Below are positions 17,958 to 27,027 of a DNA stretch of 64,000 nucleotides, piece after piece. A program made the position numbers and the translations under genes. The stretch is taken from positions 1 to 64,000 of IMG/VR virus record IMGVR_UViG_3300020172_006270; one strand, given 5' to 3'. The first letter of the stretch is position 1. Each line of letters begins with the position of its first letter. The notes beneath the pieces were generated by a model. That model did no database searches. It saw nothing but the letters and a program-made list of their open reading frames with translations, and was not told the origin of the DNA.

Positions 17958-19268
17958 CTAGGTGCGGAGTAACTTCAGATCATCAAGGTTGCGACCAGCA
18001 CGGCAAGTTACTCTGAGCCGTAAACCGGGGCATAAATCTGACTCGCCAGTAAGAACATCTCGGCCAAGTTTTGCTATGGCTTTCCAGTTCTCCTTCGTTG
18101 CATACACAGCGTAACCGTCGTGAACGGTGTAGGCGAGGTCGGTTTTATCTTTGAGTGCGAAATATAGGTGGGATAACTTTTCCAAACACACGACGGATGC
18201 CGGTGATTGAACTGCGAAGTTTCTGACAGAATATTCTTTGCCTTCCTCGAAGCTGGAGCGGCGTTTGCCAAAGATGTCTTTGGCATATCCGAGTTCTTGA
18301 AGCTGCTTCTGATAACCCTCGATGAAGGCCAAAGCAACCGGAAACAAAGCGTCAATGCGTTCTGAAATAATCTCTGCGACATCTAAGGCGACACCGCAGC
18401 GTTGGCTTAATGAATAAGCCGACTGTCCATATATAACCGGCAGAAAGAATTTTTTCGCCATTTCACGATCATTTTTTCCTTCGCATTTCTTGCCGGTAAT
18501 CTTCTCGTAAAGAGCCACATAAATATCCGGCTCCCGACAAAGCTCCTGCAATAACGGGTCTTTGCTCATCCAAGCCAGCATGAAGACTTCCATGCCCTTG
18601 TAGTCAAAGACCATGAACAGATCGCTCTCAGAGCGAGGCTTGAGAGCCTGCCGTGTTTCCGGCTTCATGGCGTGCGGAACATAACCCTGCTGATATTCTC
18701 CAGAACATTTCAGACGGCCATTTTCCTGGCCGTTGATTTCGTAATACGCATAGACCCTATTGCCGATTTGCGTATTGAGAATACCAACAGTTTCGAGATG
18801 AGGAATGACCGTGGTAATGAGCGGTATATGGACCTTGCGATAAACAGTCTCAACCTCTCTCCACATGCCAGTGGTGATGAGGTCTTTCAATCTGTTCATC
18901 GCCTCGATCAGTGTCTTCGGAACATTGAACTTGCGCCCGCAATAAGTTTCGATTATCTTCAAGTCAATAATTGCCCCATCGACGGGATACGTCTTGCCAG
19001 TCTTGGCCAGAATGAAACTTACGAAGTTCTTCCAATTCCAAGCGACAATCTTGTTGCTCTTTCCAAAAATACTCAACCGCAACATCGGCAGGAGTATCGG
19101 CAAAACTTCATCCGTGAGCATGACTTTAATTTGCCCACTCGAACTGAATATTTGCAATTCCGGTACGACTGCCCGATCCGTGAAGTCAAGCACTTCCGGC
19201 TGGCAACAGATAAACACATTTGGCCCTACCGTATCGGCGAGAGCCTTTGCCAGTTGTGAGTGGTCCAT
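17958..19268 (-). CDS. polA: Family A DNA polymerase, divergent
   Basis: NGRL, motif A DYKGME, motif B REMAKKFFLPVIYG, NFAVQS, motif C TVHDG. Confidence 0.9.
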   Translation of the reverse strand: MDHSQLAKALADTVGPNVFICCQPEVLDFTDRAVVPELQIFSSSGQIKVMLTDEVLPILLPMLRLSIFGKSNKIVAWNWKNFVSFILAKTGKTYPVDGAIIDLKIIETYCGRKFNVPKTLIEAMNRLKDLITTGMWREVETVYRKVHIPLITTVIPHLETVGILNTQIGNRVYAYYEINGQENGRLKCSGEYQQGYVPHAMKPETRQALKPRSESDLFMVFDYKGMEVFMLAWMSKDPLLQELCREPDIYVALYEKITGKKCEGKNDREMAKKFFLPVIYGQSAYSLSQRCGVALDVAEIISERIDALFPVALAFIEGYQKQLQELGYAKDIFGKRRSSFEEGKEYSVRNFAVQSPASVVCLEKLSHLYFALKDKTDLAYTVHDGYAVYATKENWKAIAKLGRDVLTGESDLCPGLRLRVTCRAGRNLDDLKLLRT

Positions 19269-19310
19269 GTGCCTCAATCATGCGGTTACTGCCAAGGATG
19301 TCGTTGTTGA

Positions 19311-19339
19311 AGTATAAGACTCAAACCCTTTGATTGCAA
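19311..19339 (-). promoter_or_regulatory. Sigma70-like promoter of polA: TTGCAA-N17-TATACT
   Basis: Near-consensus hexamers with 17-nt spacer. Confidence 0.7.
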
Positions 19340-19359
19340 GACTGTTCGTTGTCACTTTG

Positions 19360-19901
19360 ATTCTGAGTTGGGTGTACAACAAGCGCTTCTTATAAGTAAT
19401 TTATAAACTAAAAGAGCCTTCTTATTATTGGGATTAACTCTTGTACAAGTAACTGTAAATAGTCACTAATACAATAGCCGAAATTTTCGGCTGTAATCCC
19501 AACAATAAGTTAGCTCAAAGCTCTTTCTGATTTACACCCAACTTCCGTTGGAGCAATTATAGGTTCAGCGGATTATATCGGTTTCTTTGTGATTTATCCC
19601 AACCTCGTTTATCTGAGCGACGAGGCACGCCGTTGGTGGGTGTTGAATCCTAGCTCTTATTCAATCCTCGGAGATTGCTCTCCGACTAGCCGCTACACGT
19701 CGGCCCATTGCCACCTAAGACCTCTTTTGAGGAAGAAACCCTATCCAGTAAATCAGGCCCTCTGACCAATCCGGGGTTCTGGGGCTGTAGCATCAAAGGC
19801 TTTCCAAAATCTGAAGGGATATTTCTAACCCAGCAGCGATGACCTGTATGCCTTCTTGAAGGTTTTCACTCGGCTATTTGGATGCACTTATTTCACCGAG
19901 C
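19360..19901 (-). ncRNA. Candidate large structured ncRNA (~540 nt), family unknown
   Basis: No ORF of 60 aa or more; many stems including a 7-bp GCAA-capped hairpin (19668-19685), an 11-bp long-range helix (19366-19376/19533-19543) and a 16-bp helix with G-U (19421-19436/19494-19509); own promoter. Confidence 0.65.
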
Positions 19902-19907
19902 GTCAAT

Positions 19908-19936
19908 ATCCTAGACATGGAATTCGTTTCGATCAA
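19908..19936 (-). promoter_or_regulatory. Sigma70-like promoter TTGATC-N17-TAGGAT driving the candidate ncRNA
   Basis: 17-nt spacer; predicted +1 (~19901) coincides with the first base of the 5' stem. Confidence 0.6.
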
Positions 19937-20008
19937 GCCAGATAGAACGTATTTTTACCGCTTCCGGCCATTCGATCCCAGGTTTTTTCTTTTAGTTTGG
20001 TTGTAGCG

Positions 20009-20016
20009 CATAAATA
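20009..20016 (+). promoter_or_regulatory. Late-type promoter CATAAATA
   Basis: Recurrent TAAATA motif upstream of 20064. Confidence 0.45.
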
Positions 20017-20063
20017 CGGTAGACCCAGGTACGGGTATTTCTTTTTTACTATGGAAGGATTCC

Positions 20064-21350
20064 ATGAAAATAATTGTAATCGGAGCAGGATTCTCCGGCC
20101 TTGCTTGTGCATACGAGCTAATGACCGCTGGTCATACCGTTCAAGTTCTGGAAGCTCGCAACCGAGTTGGTGGCCGAGTATACAGCAAAGACGATTTCAT
20201 CTCTGGCATGAACGTCGAATTCGGTGGAGAGCTTATCGGCTCGAACCATTATTCCTTAATCGGCTACGCTCTTGAGTTTGGCCTCGAATTCTTGGAAGCC
20301 GAAGATAATGATGCTGAAACACCGATCATACTGAAGCAACAAAAGCTGTCGCAGGTAGAGTACGGAAATATCAAAACAGAAATATCCAAAATGCAAAATG
20401 CGTTGTCGGAAATGGCTGTTGATATTGATGCTAACCAACCTTGGTTGTCTCCACGAGCCGAATATCTGGATCAGATTTCGATGCGAGAATGGATTTACAC
20501 TCAAGATGCTTCGGCAATATCCAAATATCTTTTCGATATTCAGGTATCGAGTGACAATGGCGTAACCTCTGATAAGCAAAGTCTTTTGGGCAACTTAGTT
20601 TTAATTCGAGGCGGTGGCCTCGATAAATTCTGGAGTGATACCGAAAGCTACCGCACCAAGGGCGGCAACCAACAATTCGCTTTGAAGTTTGCTCAAAAAT
20701 TAGGCACTCGATTAACTTTGAATTGCCCGGTAACTCATATCATCACCGAGCCAAATGTTGTTGTTGTAGATGCTCATGGCGTAAATCACGAGGCCGATAT
20801 TGTCGTATTGGCAATTCCACCTTCACTGTGGTCTACCATTTATTTCACGCCGGAATTACCTGAAGATTTCATTCCTCAAATGGGAATGAATATCAAGCAT
20901 CTCTCGGCAGTTGAAAGCAAATATTGGATCAACAAAAACGTGTCGCAAAATGCCAAAGGCGACAGAAAGATTAACGAAACATGGAACGGCACAGAGGGCC
21001 AAGTCCAGGTTGATTATTCTGCCATCGTGATATTCAGTGGTGGCGAATCTGCAAAATCAGTAAATGCTGAGAAGGAATTGCTTGATGAGTTGGAGGAGTT
21101 TTATCCAAATATCAACCAGTCTATTGTTCGCAGTGAACTGGTTAATTGGATAACTGATCGCTGGACAAAGTGCGGATATTCTTTCCCGGCACCTGGAGAG
21201 ATCACAAAGCTCGGCCCAATTTTGAGACAGGGCATTGGGAACCTGCATTTTGCAGGTGAACATACATGCTATAAGTTCATTGGATACATGGAAGGCGCAG
21301 TCACATCTGGTTCGGACTTGGCTGCAAGAATCATCAAAGAATTAAAATAA
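20064..21350 (+). CDS. Flavin monoamine oxidase family protein
   Basis: GAGFSGL, EARNRVGGR, FAGEHT, GYMEGA. Confidence 0.92.
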   Translation: MKIIVIGAGFSGLACAYELMTAGHTVQVLEARNRVGGRVYSKDDFISGMNVEFGGELIGSNHYSLIGYALEFGLEFLEAEDNDAETPIILKQQKLSQVEYGNIKTEISKMQNALSEMAVDIDANQPWLSPRAEYLDQISMREWIYTQDASAISKYLFDIQVSSDNGVTSDKQSLLGNLVLIRGGGLDKFWSDTESYRTKGGNQQFALKFAQKLGTRLTLNCPVTHIITEPNVVVVDAHGVNHEADIVVLAIPPSLWSTIYFTPELPEDFIPQMGMNIKHLSAVESKYWINKNVSQNAKGDRKINETWNGTEGQVQVDYSAIVIFSGGESAKSVNAEKELLDELEEFYPNINQSIVRSELVNWITDRWTKCGYSFPAPGEITKLGPILRQGIGNLHFAGEHTCYKFIGYMEGAVTSGSDLAARIIKELK

Positions 21351-21623
21351 CGTGCCTTGAATTGGCGGTTTATCTTGAGGTAATTTTTCTTGAGGCGGTG
21401 GCTCTATTTGGGTCGCCGCCTTATTTTTTACCATTTCCTTAATCTTGTTCAAGGCAGTCCAAGGCTTAAAACGTGCCAATTTTTGAAGTTGACGATGGTA
21501 AAGAGCATCGGTCACGAAAACGTACCGGGTGCTGTCAATGTAGACGATTATTGTCCCATCTTTCCACCAACTGCCGAATCTAATGTTTTGCCCTTCGTTC
21601 AAGAGCCATTCTCTGAAGTTCAT
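21342..21623 (-). CDS. Hypothetical protein, possible internal head protein
   Basis: MNFREWLLNE N-terminus; TATATA 5 nt before ATG. Confidence 0.6.
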   Translation of the reverse strand: MNFREWLLNEGQNIRFGSWWKDGTIIVYIDSTRYVFVTDALYHRQLQKLARFKPWTALNKIKEMVKNKAATQIEPPPQEKLPQDKPPIQGTLF

Positions 21624-21667
21624 GGATTTATATATTGGGCTTGGCACCTATTCAGATACGAGGTAAA

Positions 21668-22435
21668 ATGGCTGAAAACAAAAAAGAACACTTATTCTCG
21701 GAGAGTGATGTGCGACTCGAAGCAATTATCGACTACGAAATGGATGAACTTGAAGGCAAAGCGTATAAATTGTGCTTGCTCTGGCTCGATAGAAGTCGTA
21801 AAGTATTCCCTGAATATCAGCACACGACAATGAAGAAGGGCGACCCTCGAAAGTCGCTGATATTCAAAGTGTGCTACAAGCTGGCTCGTGAGACACAGGG
21901 CGTACTCGAAGAAAAAGACTACCCTTTGTATATCCGGGCGCAGCTTGATGTTCTCCGACACATCAATACCGGCAAGGGCCATCCTCTCATCGACGCAAAT
22001 TGTTTGGTGGGAGATAAAGCCTGGAAGCGGTGGAAATTATGGAAAAGAAAATATGATTCCATCTCTGCGAAGCCGTCCGAAGTATCCCAGCCTGTTGGTC
22101 CCGGCGTTATCAAAGCTCTCGAAGGACTTGAGCGAACCAAAGAGTTCTTCGCCAAAACCTTTGGAGCAAGTCCAAGTCTTGAAAAGTACCGGGAGTCCTA
22201 CATCAACAACAACCTCTTTCGCTGGGTTAATTTCGGCAAAATCAGCCCGTACTATATTGCAATGTCGCCGCACATTGCGGCAGTTATGAAGCCGGAAGAT
22301 TATAAGAGAATGAACTTCGATCCCGATCTGTACAAGCCCTGCATTACAGATGATGTAATTCGTAAGTTCAGGGAAATGTTTCCGCACGAGTTCGATAATT
22401 TTATTTCTGATTTCTCCACTGAGACAATAGGATAA
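21668..22435 (+). CDS. Hypothetical protein
   Basis: Long ORF; GAGGT RBS before ATG 21668. Confidence 0.7.
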   Translation: MAENKKEHLFSESDVRLEAIIDYEMDELEGKAYKLCLLWLDRSRKVFPEYQHTTMKKGDPRKSLIFKVCYKLARETQGVLEEKDYPLYIRAQLDVLRHINTGKGHPLIDANCLVGDKAWKRWKLWKRKYDSISAKPSEVSQPVGPGVIKALEGLERTKEFFAKTFGASPSLEKYRESYINNNLFRWVNFGKISPYYIAMSPHIAAVMKPEDYKRMNFDPDLYKPCITDDVIRKFREMFPHEFDNFISDFSTETIG

Positions 22436-22439
22436 GCAG

Positions 22440-22712
22440 ATGCTTTCTCCAAAAGAGTTTAGAACACTCATGGCAGAACAGGGACGTGAATACACTGTCG
22501 ATCAAGCGTCTAAAATACTACGCAATTTAATTTCGTTGAATAAAAAACTCAAGAAACAACCTGATTTGAGTTTGATGAGCCAACAAGAAAAGCAAAGATC
22601 GAGAATGGAAGCCGCAGAGCATGGCATGGAGATTTCTCCCGACGAATTTAATCAACTGCATGATCTAATGGTTGATATTCAACAATCAGATTTTGAGGAT
22701 TACAATTCATGA
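22440..22712 (+). CDS. Hypothetical protein
   Basis: Operonic ORF. Confidence 0.6.
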   Translation: MLSPKEFRTLMAEQGREYTVDQASKILRNLISLNKKLKKQPDLSLMSQQEKQRSRMEAAEHGMEISPDEFNQLHDLMVDIQQSDFEDYNS

Positions 22713-23425
22713 ACTTAGTCTATCTTCCCCTTAGTAGAACAAACTGTGATTATGCTGATTTATGGTTTGGCAATAGTAAAAACTACGACATACTTGTGAA
22801 CAATTGGGGCGACCCTGGCTTTTTTCGGGATCGAAACCCTGAGTTATACTTTGAAATCAAAGAACATAAATTTCGCACATTGTTGAGTCTCTATGGACGT
22901 AATTTCAAGACGTTAAGCAAATACGACTATGTGATGTGTCCCGATCCTGATCTGAAAATTAAAGTTCAGGACATCAACAAATTGTTTGACATGGCAAAGC
23001 AATATGACTTAGATTTATGTCAACCATCTATCACGGGACACCTTAATCATCCGTGTTTAGCTCCAGTAGATAACAAAAACATTCTCATTAGGCATCTGAA
23101 CTTGATCGAGCCTATGTGTCCAATATTTTCTCGCAAAGCTATGCTCTCTTGCTTGTGGACGTTTTCTTTGTCATACTCTGCATGGGGCCTTGATTTTGTT
23201 TGGCCAGTTATTGTCAGTAATGAAAAGAGGTCTAATGTTGGCGTCATCAATGGTATAAGCATAGAGCATACACGACCATGTGTTTCAAAGGATATTGTGT
23301 TCCCAAATGGCAAAAAGGCATGGGATGAACACCAAGAGACACTTACTGCGTTTGGGCTTACAAACGCCGTTAAAATTTACCACACAACTTCTATGTTTTC
23401 TTCAAAATCAAATTTTATGTTGTGA
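22709..23425 (+). CDS. DUF707-like GT-A fold protein
   Basis: YDYVMCPDPD, LCQPS, IEPMCPIFS, WGLDFVW, HTRP. Confidence 0.75.
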   Translation: MNLVYLPLSRTNCDYADLWFGNSKNYDILVNNWGDPGFFRDRNPELYFEIKEHKFRTLLSLYGRNFKTLSKYDYVMCPDPDLKIKVQDINKLFDMAKQYDLDLCQPSITGHLNHPCLAPVDNKNILIRHLNLIEPMCPIFSRKAMLSCLWTFSLSYSAWGLDFVWPVIVSNEKRSNVGVINGISIEHTRPCVSKDIVFPNGKKAWDEHQETLTAFGLTNAVKIYHTTSMFSSKSNFML

Positions 23426-23427
23426 CC

Positions 23428-24102
23428 ATGAACCAATACAAACAATACCTCGATCAATGTAAGCTCGACGACAAATATCCATTTGAGTTTTTTGGCTCTA
23501 AACCATTTGATTCAATAGATGTTGGTCAAGAATACACATTGAATGAACGGGAAATTAAAGCTACGGAAATCTTAGGACCGAAAAGAACTCAAGCTGCACG
23601 AGCCAGTGGCAAAGTGAATATGATTCAGGCTGCGTCTGGTGGCTCTGATAAAGAGAAGTTCATGGAAATCAATGGACTTCAAGGCGAATTACTTTATGCC
23701 AAGATGTTCGACCTTTATCCAGGTGAGCAATTGGAGATTCGTCCAAGAGATGCCAAAGACGATTTCGGAGATATAGTGCATGATGGCCTCAAGATTGACA
23801 TCAAGGCCACTGAGTACCACACAGGAAGGCTCACGCTTTCTCATTGGAAACAAGCGGAACACATTGATGCACTGTGTCTATTTACTGGAAAGAATGGCAG
23901 GTTTACGTTCCGTGGCTTCTATTGGGCAAAGGAATTAGCCAAAGAAGAAAACTTCCGTTGTTTGCCAGGACGAGATAAGCCACAATACATCATGGAACAA
24001 AGAAACTTGTTGTCGTTCGACGCCCTGAAAAATAGAACACCACAACAGCCCAACATAATTCAGTCGGCGACATCAATTACTGATTTTGACTATCTCCAAT
24101 AA
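23428..24102 (+). CDS. Hypothetical protein, possible PD-(D/E)xK nuclease fold
   Basis: GELL...GD...IDIK pattern. Confidence 0.45.
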   Translation: MNQYKQYLDQCKLDDKYPFEFFGSKPFDSIDVGQEYTLNEREIKATEILGPKRTQAARASGKVNMIQAASGGSDKEKFMEINGLQGELLYAKMFDLYPGEQLEIRPRDAKDDFGDIVHDGLKIDIKATEYHTGRLTLSHWKQAEHIDALCLFTGKNGRFTFRGFYWAKELAKEENFRCLPGRDKPQYIMEQRNLLSFDALKNRTPQQPNIIQSATSITDFDYLQ

Positions 24103-24111
24103 GGAAAAAGC

Positions 24112-24456
24112 ATGTGGTGTGTAGAAGACGAACGCAAGACTGGCCTCAAGAACGGCCTGCGACAATTAAGTGTAGAAGAGTTGCTGAAAGTGTTCTTGCA
24201 TCCTGAGCCAATGGTTCTGGACACATACAACTACGAAGATGGCAAGTTCTGCCCGTTGGCGGTAGCGTTGGGCCTGACCGATATGGCTGACCCTTCACAT
24301 GAGAAGGTGTATCAAGAATTGACCAGACTAGGCTATAAGGTCAACAACACTCGTGGGATCAAAGGTGACTTCTATACAATGAACCGCCTCGATGATCTGC
24401 TAGAGGCCACCGAGGAGGTTCTGTATGAGAAACTTCAAGACAAGAAAGCCGCTTAG
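24112..24456 (+). CDS. Hypothetical protein
   Basis: AAGGA RBS; FCPLAVALG motif. Confidence 0.65.
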   Translation: MWCVEDERKTGLKNGLRQLSVEELLKVFLHPEPMVLDTYNYEDGKFCPLAVALGLTDMADPSHEKVYQELTRLGYKVNNTRGIKGDFYTMNRLDDLLEATEEVLYEKLQDKKAA

Positions 24457-24998
24457 TATTTATCGTCAAGCAACGATACGTTCTTTGGTCGCAACCAAGT
24501 TAGCATATCATCCTTGCTCTTGAATCCAGAGTCACGGACAATAACAGTCTCAGATGTATCAATGACCATATAGGCAGGGATACCTGAGACTTTGTATTTT
24601 CTGGCCGTCGCACGATCTTTGTCGGTGTCGATGAGGCAAGTGACATATTCCTTGCCCAGCTTGTCCTTCACAGCCGCATCAGAAAGCGTTTCTGATTTCA
24701 TCTTCTTGCACCAACCGCACCACTCCGCACCGAAATACAAAAAGATTGGTCGATTGTGTTTCTTAGCGGCAGCTAACGCTTCTTGGTAGTTGCTGAAATT
24801 AGCCAGCACTTCTGGTGGTGCTACAGGTGGAGGAACCACAGGAGGCGTGACTGGCGGCGTCACAGGTGGAGCGACAGGATCAGTCATCTCAATAGGTGGT
24901 TTTACTGGCACAACATTATGTTTGCCGTATTTAACATACAAGGCACCGGCTCCAACTAAGAGCAGCGCAGCAATCAAGATTTTCTTTGAGTCCATCAT
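24453..24998 (-). CDS. Membrane-anchored thioredoxin-family protein
   Basis: N-terminal hydrophobic helix, Pro-rich linker, WCGWC, GIP. Confidence 0.88.
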   Translation of the reverse strand: MMDSKKILIAALLLVGAGALYVKYGKHNVVPVKPPIEMTDPVAPPVTPPVTPPVVPPPVAPPEVLANFSNYQEALAAAKKHNRPIFLYFGAEWCGWCKKMKSETLSDAAVKDKLGKEYVTCLIDTDKDRATARKYKVSGIPAYMVIDTSETVIVRDSGFKSKDDMLTWLRPKNVSLLDDKY

Positions 24999-25009
24999 TG
25001 TCCTCTGTT

Positions 25010-25828
25010 TTAATACTGTAAGAAGGTCTGAACTATACTGTCGATGATATTTTCGTGTTTCTGTTGAGGCGAATAATATTCATTGAACTCAGCAGGCTGA
25101 ACTTCCCACGAGTGTTGTCCAGTTGAAGAGTCAATATCGTAACCGAGACATCGGATCAATCCACGCTTTGGCTCCCAAACCATGTCGATGTTGAATTGTT
25201 CCGCACGACCTCCACCACTTCCGGCTTTTTGCCGATTTACTCCCTGTCCACGGAATTCAAATACGAGCTTGTAGTAATTTTCATTTTGCTGTCGCATCCC
25301 AATGGGGAACATGCAATATGACGGATGTTGACGTTTGGTTGCGGCCCATAGTTTCCACGACAACCGCTCTAATTCATCATACTCTTTGGCAGGCCCCGGA
25401 ACCATCTCATTGGAAACTTCCGTAAGCGTATCGTATACGTCGTGAGCAATGGCTGTTTCTTTATTTTCGGCTGCGTTATCGCCAAGTGGTATTACCTTGG
25501 TGCATATCCAAGTAGCCTCGCCGCATAGGTCTTTTGTCATTCTACGGACAACGACACGCATTGATCCTAGCGGCGTCACGCCCACCTGGATTGCCCCAGG
25601 ACCGACTCCCCATTCTACCACATCGTTCCATCGTTGAAGAGGACGATTAGGGCCAAGAGCCGGGAAACTCGCTAGTTCTGTGATGATTTTGCTGCCGTCT
25701 ACCGCTTTGAATAGAGTGTCCCCATCCATTGCCTCAATGCCGCCTTTCGGCTTGCCTCGTTGGTCATTGTCAAAGCCGAAATCGGCCATTTCGGATAACA
25801 TCCATTGCTTGAAAAGTAAACGGTTCAT
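25010..25828 (-). CDS. Hypothetical protein, possible internal head protein
   Basis: FKQWMLSEMA N-terminus; TATATA 5 nt before ATG. Confidence 0.65.
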   Translation of the reverse strand: MNRLLFKQWMLSEMADFGFDNDQRGKPKGGIEAMDGDTLFKAVDGSKIITELASFPALGPNRPLQRWNDVVEWGVGPGAIQVGVTPLGSMRVVVRRMTKDLCGEATWICTKVIPLGDNAAENKETAIAHDVYDTLTEVSNEMVPGPAKEYDELERLSWKLWAATKRQHPSYCMFPIGMRQQNENYYKLVFEFRGQGVNRQKAGSGGGRAEQFNIDMVWEPKRGLIRCLGYDIDSSTGQHSWEVQPAEFNEYYSPQQKHENIIDSIVQTFLQY

Positions 25829-25876
25829 GACTTTATATATAGGAACAGACTCAATTACTGCAAGGGAAGAAATGGT

Positions 25877-26893
25877 ATGGGAGCATTTAGAAGTTGGCTC
25901 AATATGAATGAAATGGCCGTCAAAACGACGAGCAGATTCGGAAAACCGATTCCGAATCTGGATAGTCGTGACGATGCTGGCCTAAAACATATGTCCCGTC
26001 CAGGTTTCCGTGATGTGGATCGAAACCTAATTCATCGGGATTCTCCTGAAGTTGAACGCAAGTTAACCCAGGCCACTGAAAAATACGGTATCCATTGGGT
26101 GATTGGATATTTGGAGCCAAAAGAAGACGCTGAAGAGAATAACCCAGCCCATTGGGATCAATATGCAGCCCAGGCAAAGCAAGACGGCCAGCAAATGCTC
26201 CAGCAGTTCAGTCAGGAATACAATCCGTCACAGTCGGTAGTTCCCATTGAGCCGCCCAACCCAGAAAATACGATTGTCTATATCAAGCCGACATCTCGTG
26301 TTCACAGCTTGACCCCACATGAACAAGTCCATAATATCGGCCACGCCTTGTGGCTGAGGAACCCTGCGCAGATGGCTCGTGCCAAACAAGAGCTTATGCA
26401 GGCGGTTCATGTATTGCAACAGTCGGCACATGAAGCTGACCCGCAGTCGCCGCCACCAACTGAAGCTGAAGTCACCATCATCTTGGCTCGATTGATTGAC
26501 TTGCTCTCCTACCAAAGAACTCTTACCCTAAACCCTGGTGATTTAGGCAGTTCTGTTAAGACCGCATTGACGGCATTCAATTCATTTGACGAAGTTATTT
26601 TCGATTTGATTCCAGCATTCGTAAATGCAGGTGGTCAGATTAACCTCTATCCAAGAGGCCCTGGAAAGATCGCTAAATTCGACCGCACGGGAGCAATCCC
26701 GCCAAATCAGGAGGTCATCCAGCAAAAGGGTGTGCGTCCGTGGGTGTGGGAAAAGATGGCGGCTGACCGAAACGCTTGGGCAGAGGTTTCTAAGATCATC
26801 ACTGGCATCGTAATTGAATGTTTGCAAGCCTCGACTTGGGCCAAGAAAGGCGGTCCCATTTACCCTTACCAAAAGTTGACTACCAAGCCATGA
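25877..26893 (+). CDS. Hypothetical protein, possible internal head protein
   Basis: FRSWLNMNEMA N-terminus; HEQVHNIGH motif. Confidence 0.65.
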   Translation: MGAFRSWLNMNEMAVKTTSRFGKPIPNLDSRDDAGLKHMSRPGFRDVDRNLIHRDSPEVERKLTQATEKYGIHWVIGYLEPKEDAEENNPAHWDQYAAQAKQDGQQMLQQFSQEYNPSQSVVPIEPPNPENTIVYIKPTSRVHSLTPHEQVHNIGHALWLRNPAQMARAKQELMQAVHVLQQSAHEADPQSPPPTEAEVTIILARLIDLLSYQRTLTLNPGDLGSSVKTALTAFNSFDEVIFDLIPAFVNAGGQINLYPRGPGKIAKFDRTGAIPPNQEVIQQKGVRPWVWEKMAADRNAWAEVSKIITGIVIECLQASTWAKKGGPIYPYQKLTTKP

Positions 26894-27027
26894 AAAACGA
26901 TAACACAGCATCATTACTTATCGGTTTGATCTTAGGGATCATTATCGGCTCTTTTCTCGGATATAAATATTCAGAACAACAACATGAACGTGACAATTCG
27001 TTTAAGATAAAAATAGGTGGTAATTGA
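26890..27027 (+). CDS. Small single-TM membrane protein
   Basis: LLIGLILGIIIGSFLGY; ATGA coupling. Confidence 0.5.
   Translation: MKNDNTASLLIGLILGIIIGSFLGYKYSEQQHERDNSFKIKIGGN

Noticed and set aside
14591-19268. Inteins or introns in the helicase or polymerase
   Set aside because: ORFs are continuous, with no extra length, splice motifs or homing endonuclease.
19781-19860. tRNA-Ala or tmRNA start (GGGGCTGTAGC)
   Set aside because: No D-arm, T-loop (GTTCGA) or matching acceptor 3' strand, and structural cues favour the opposite strand.
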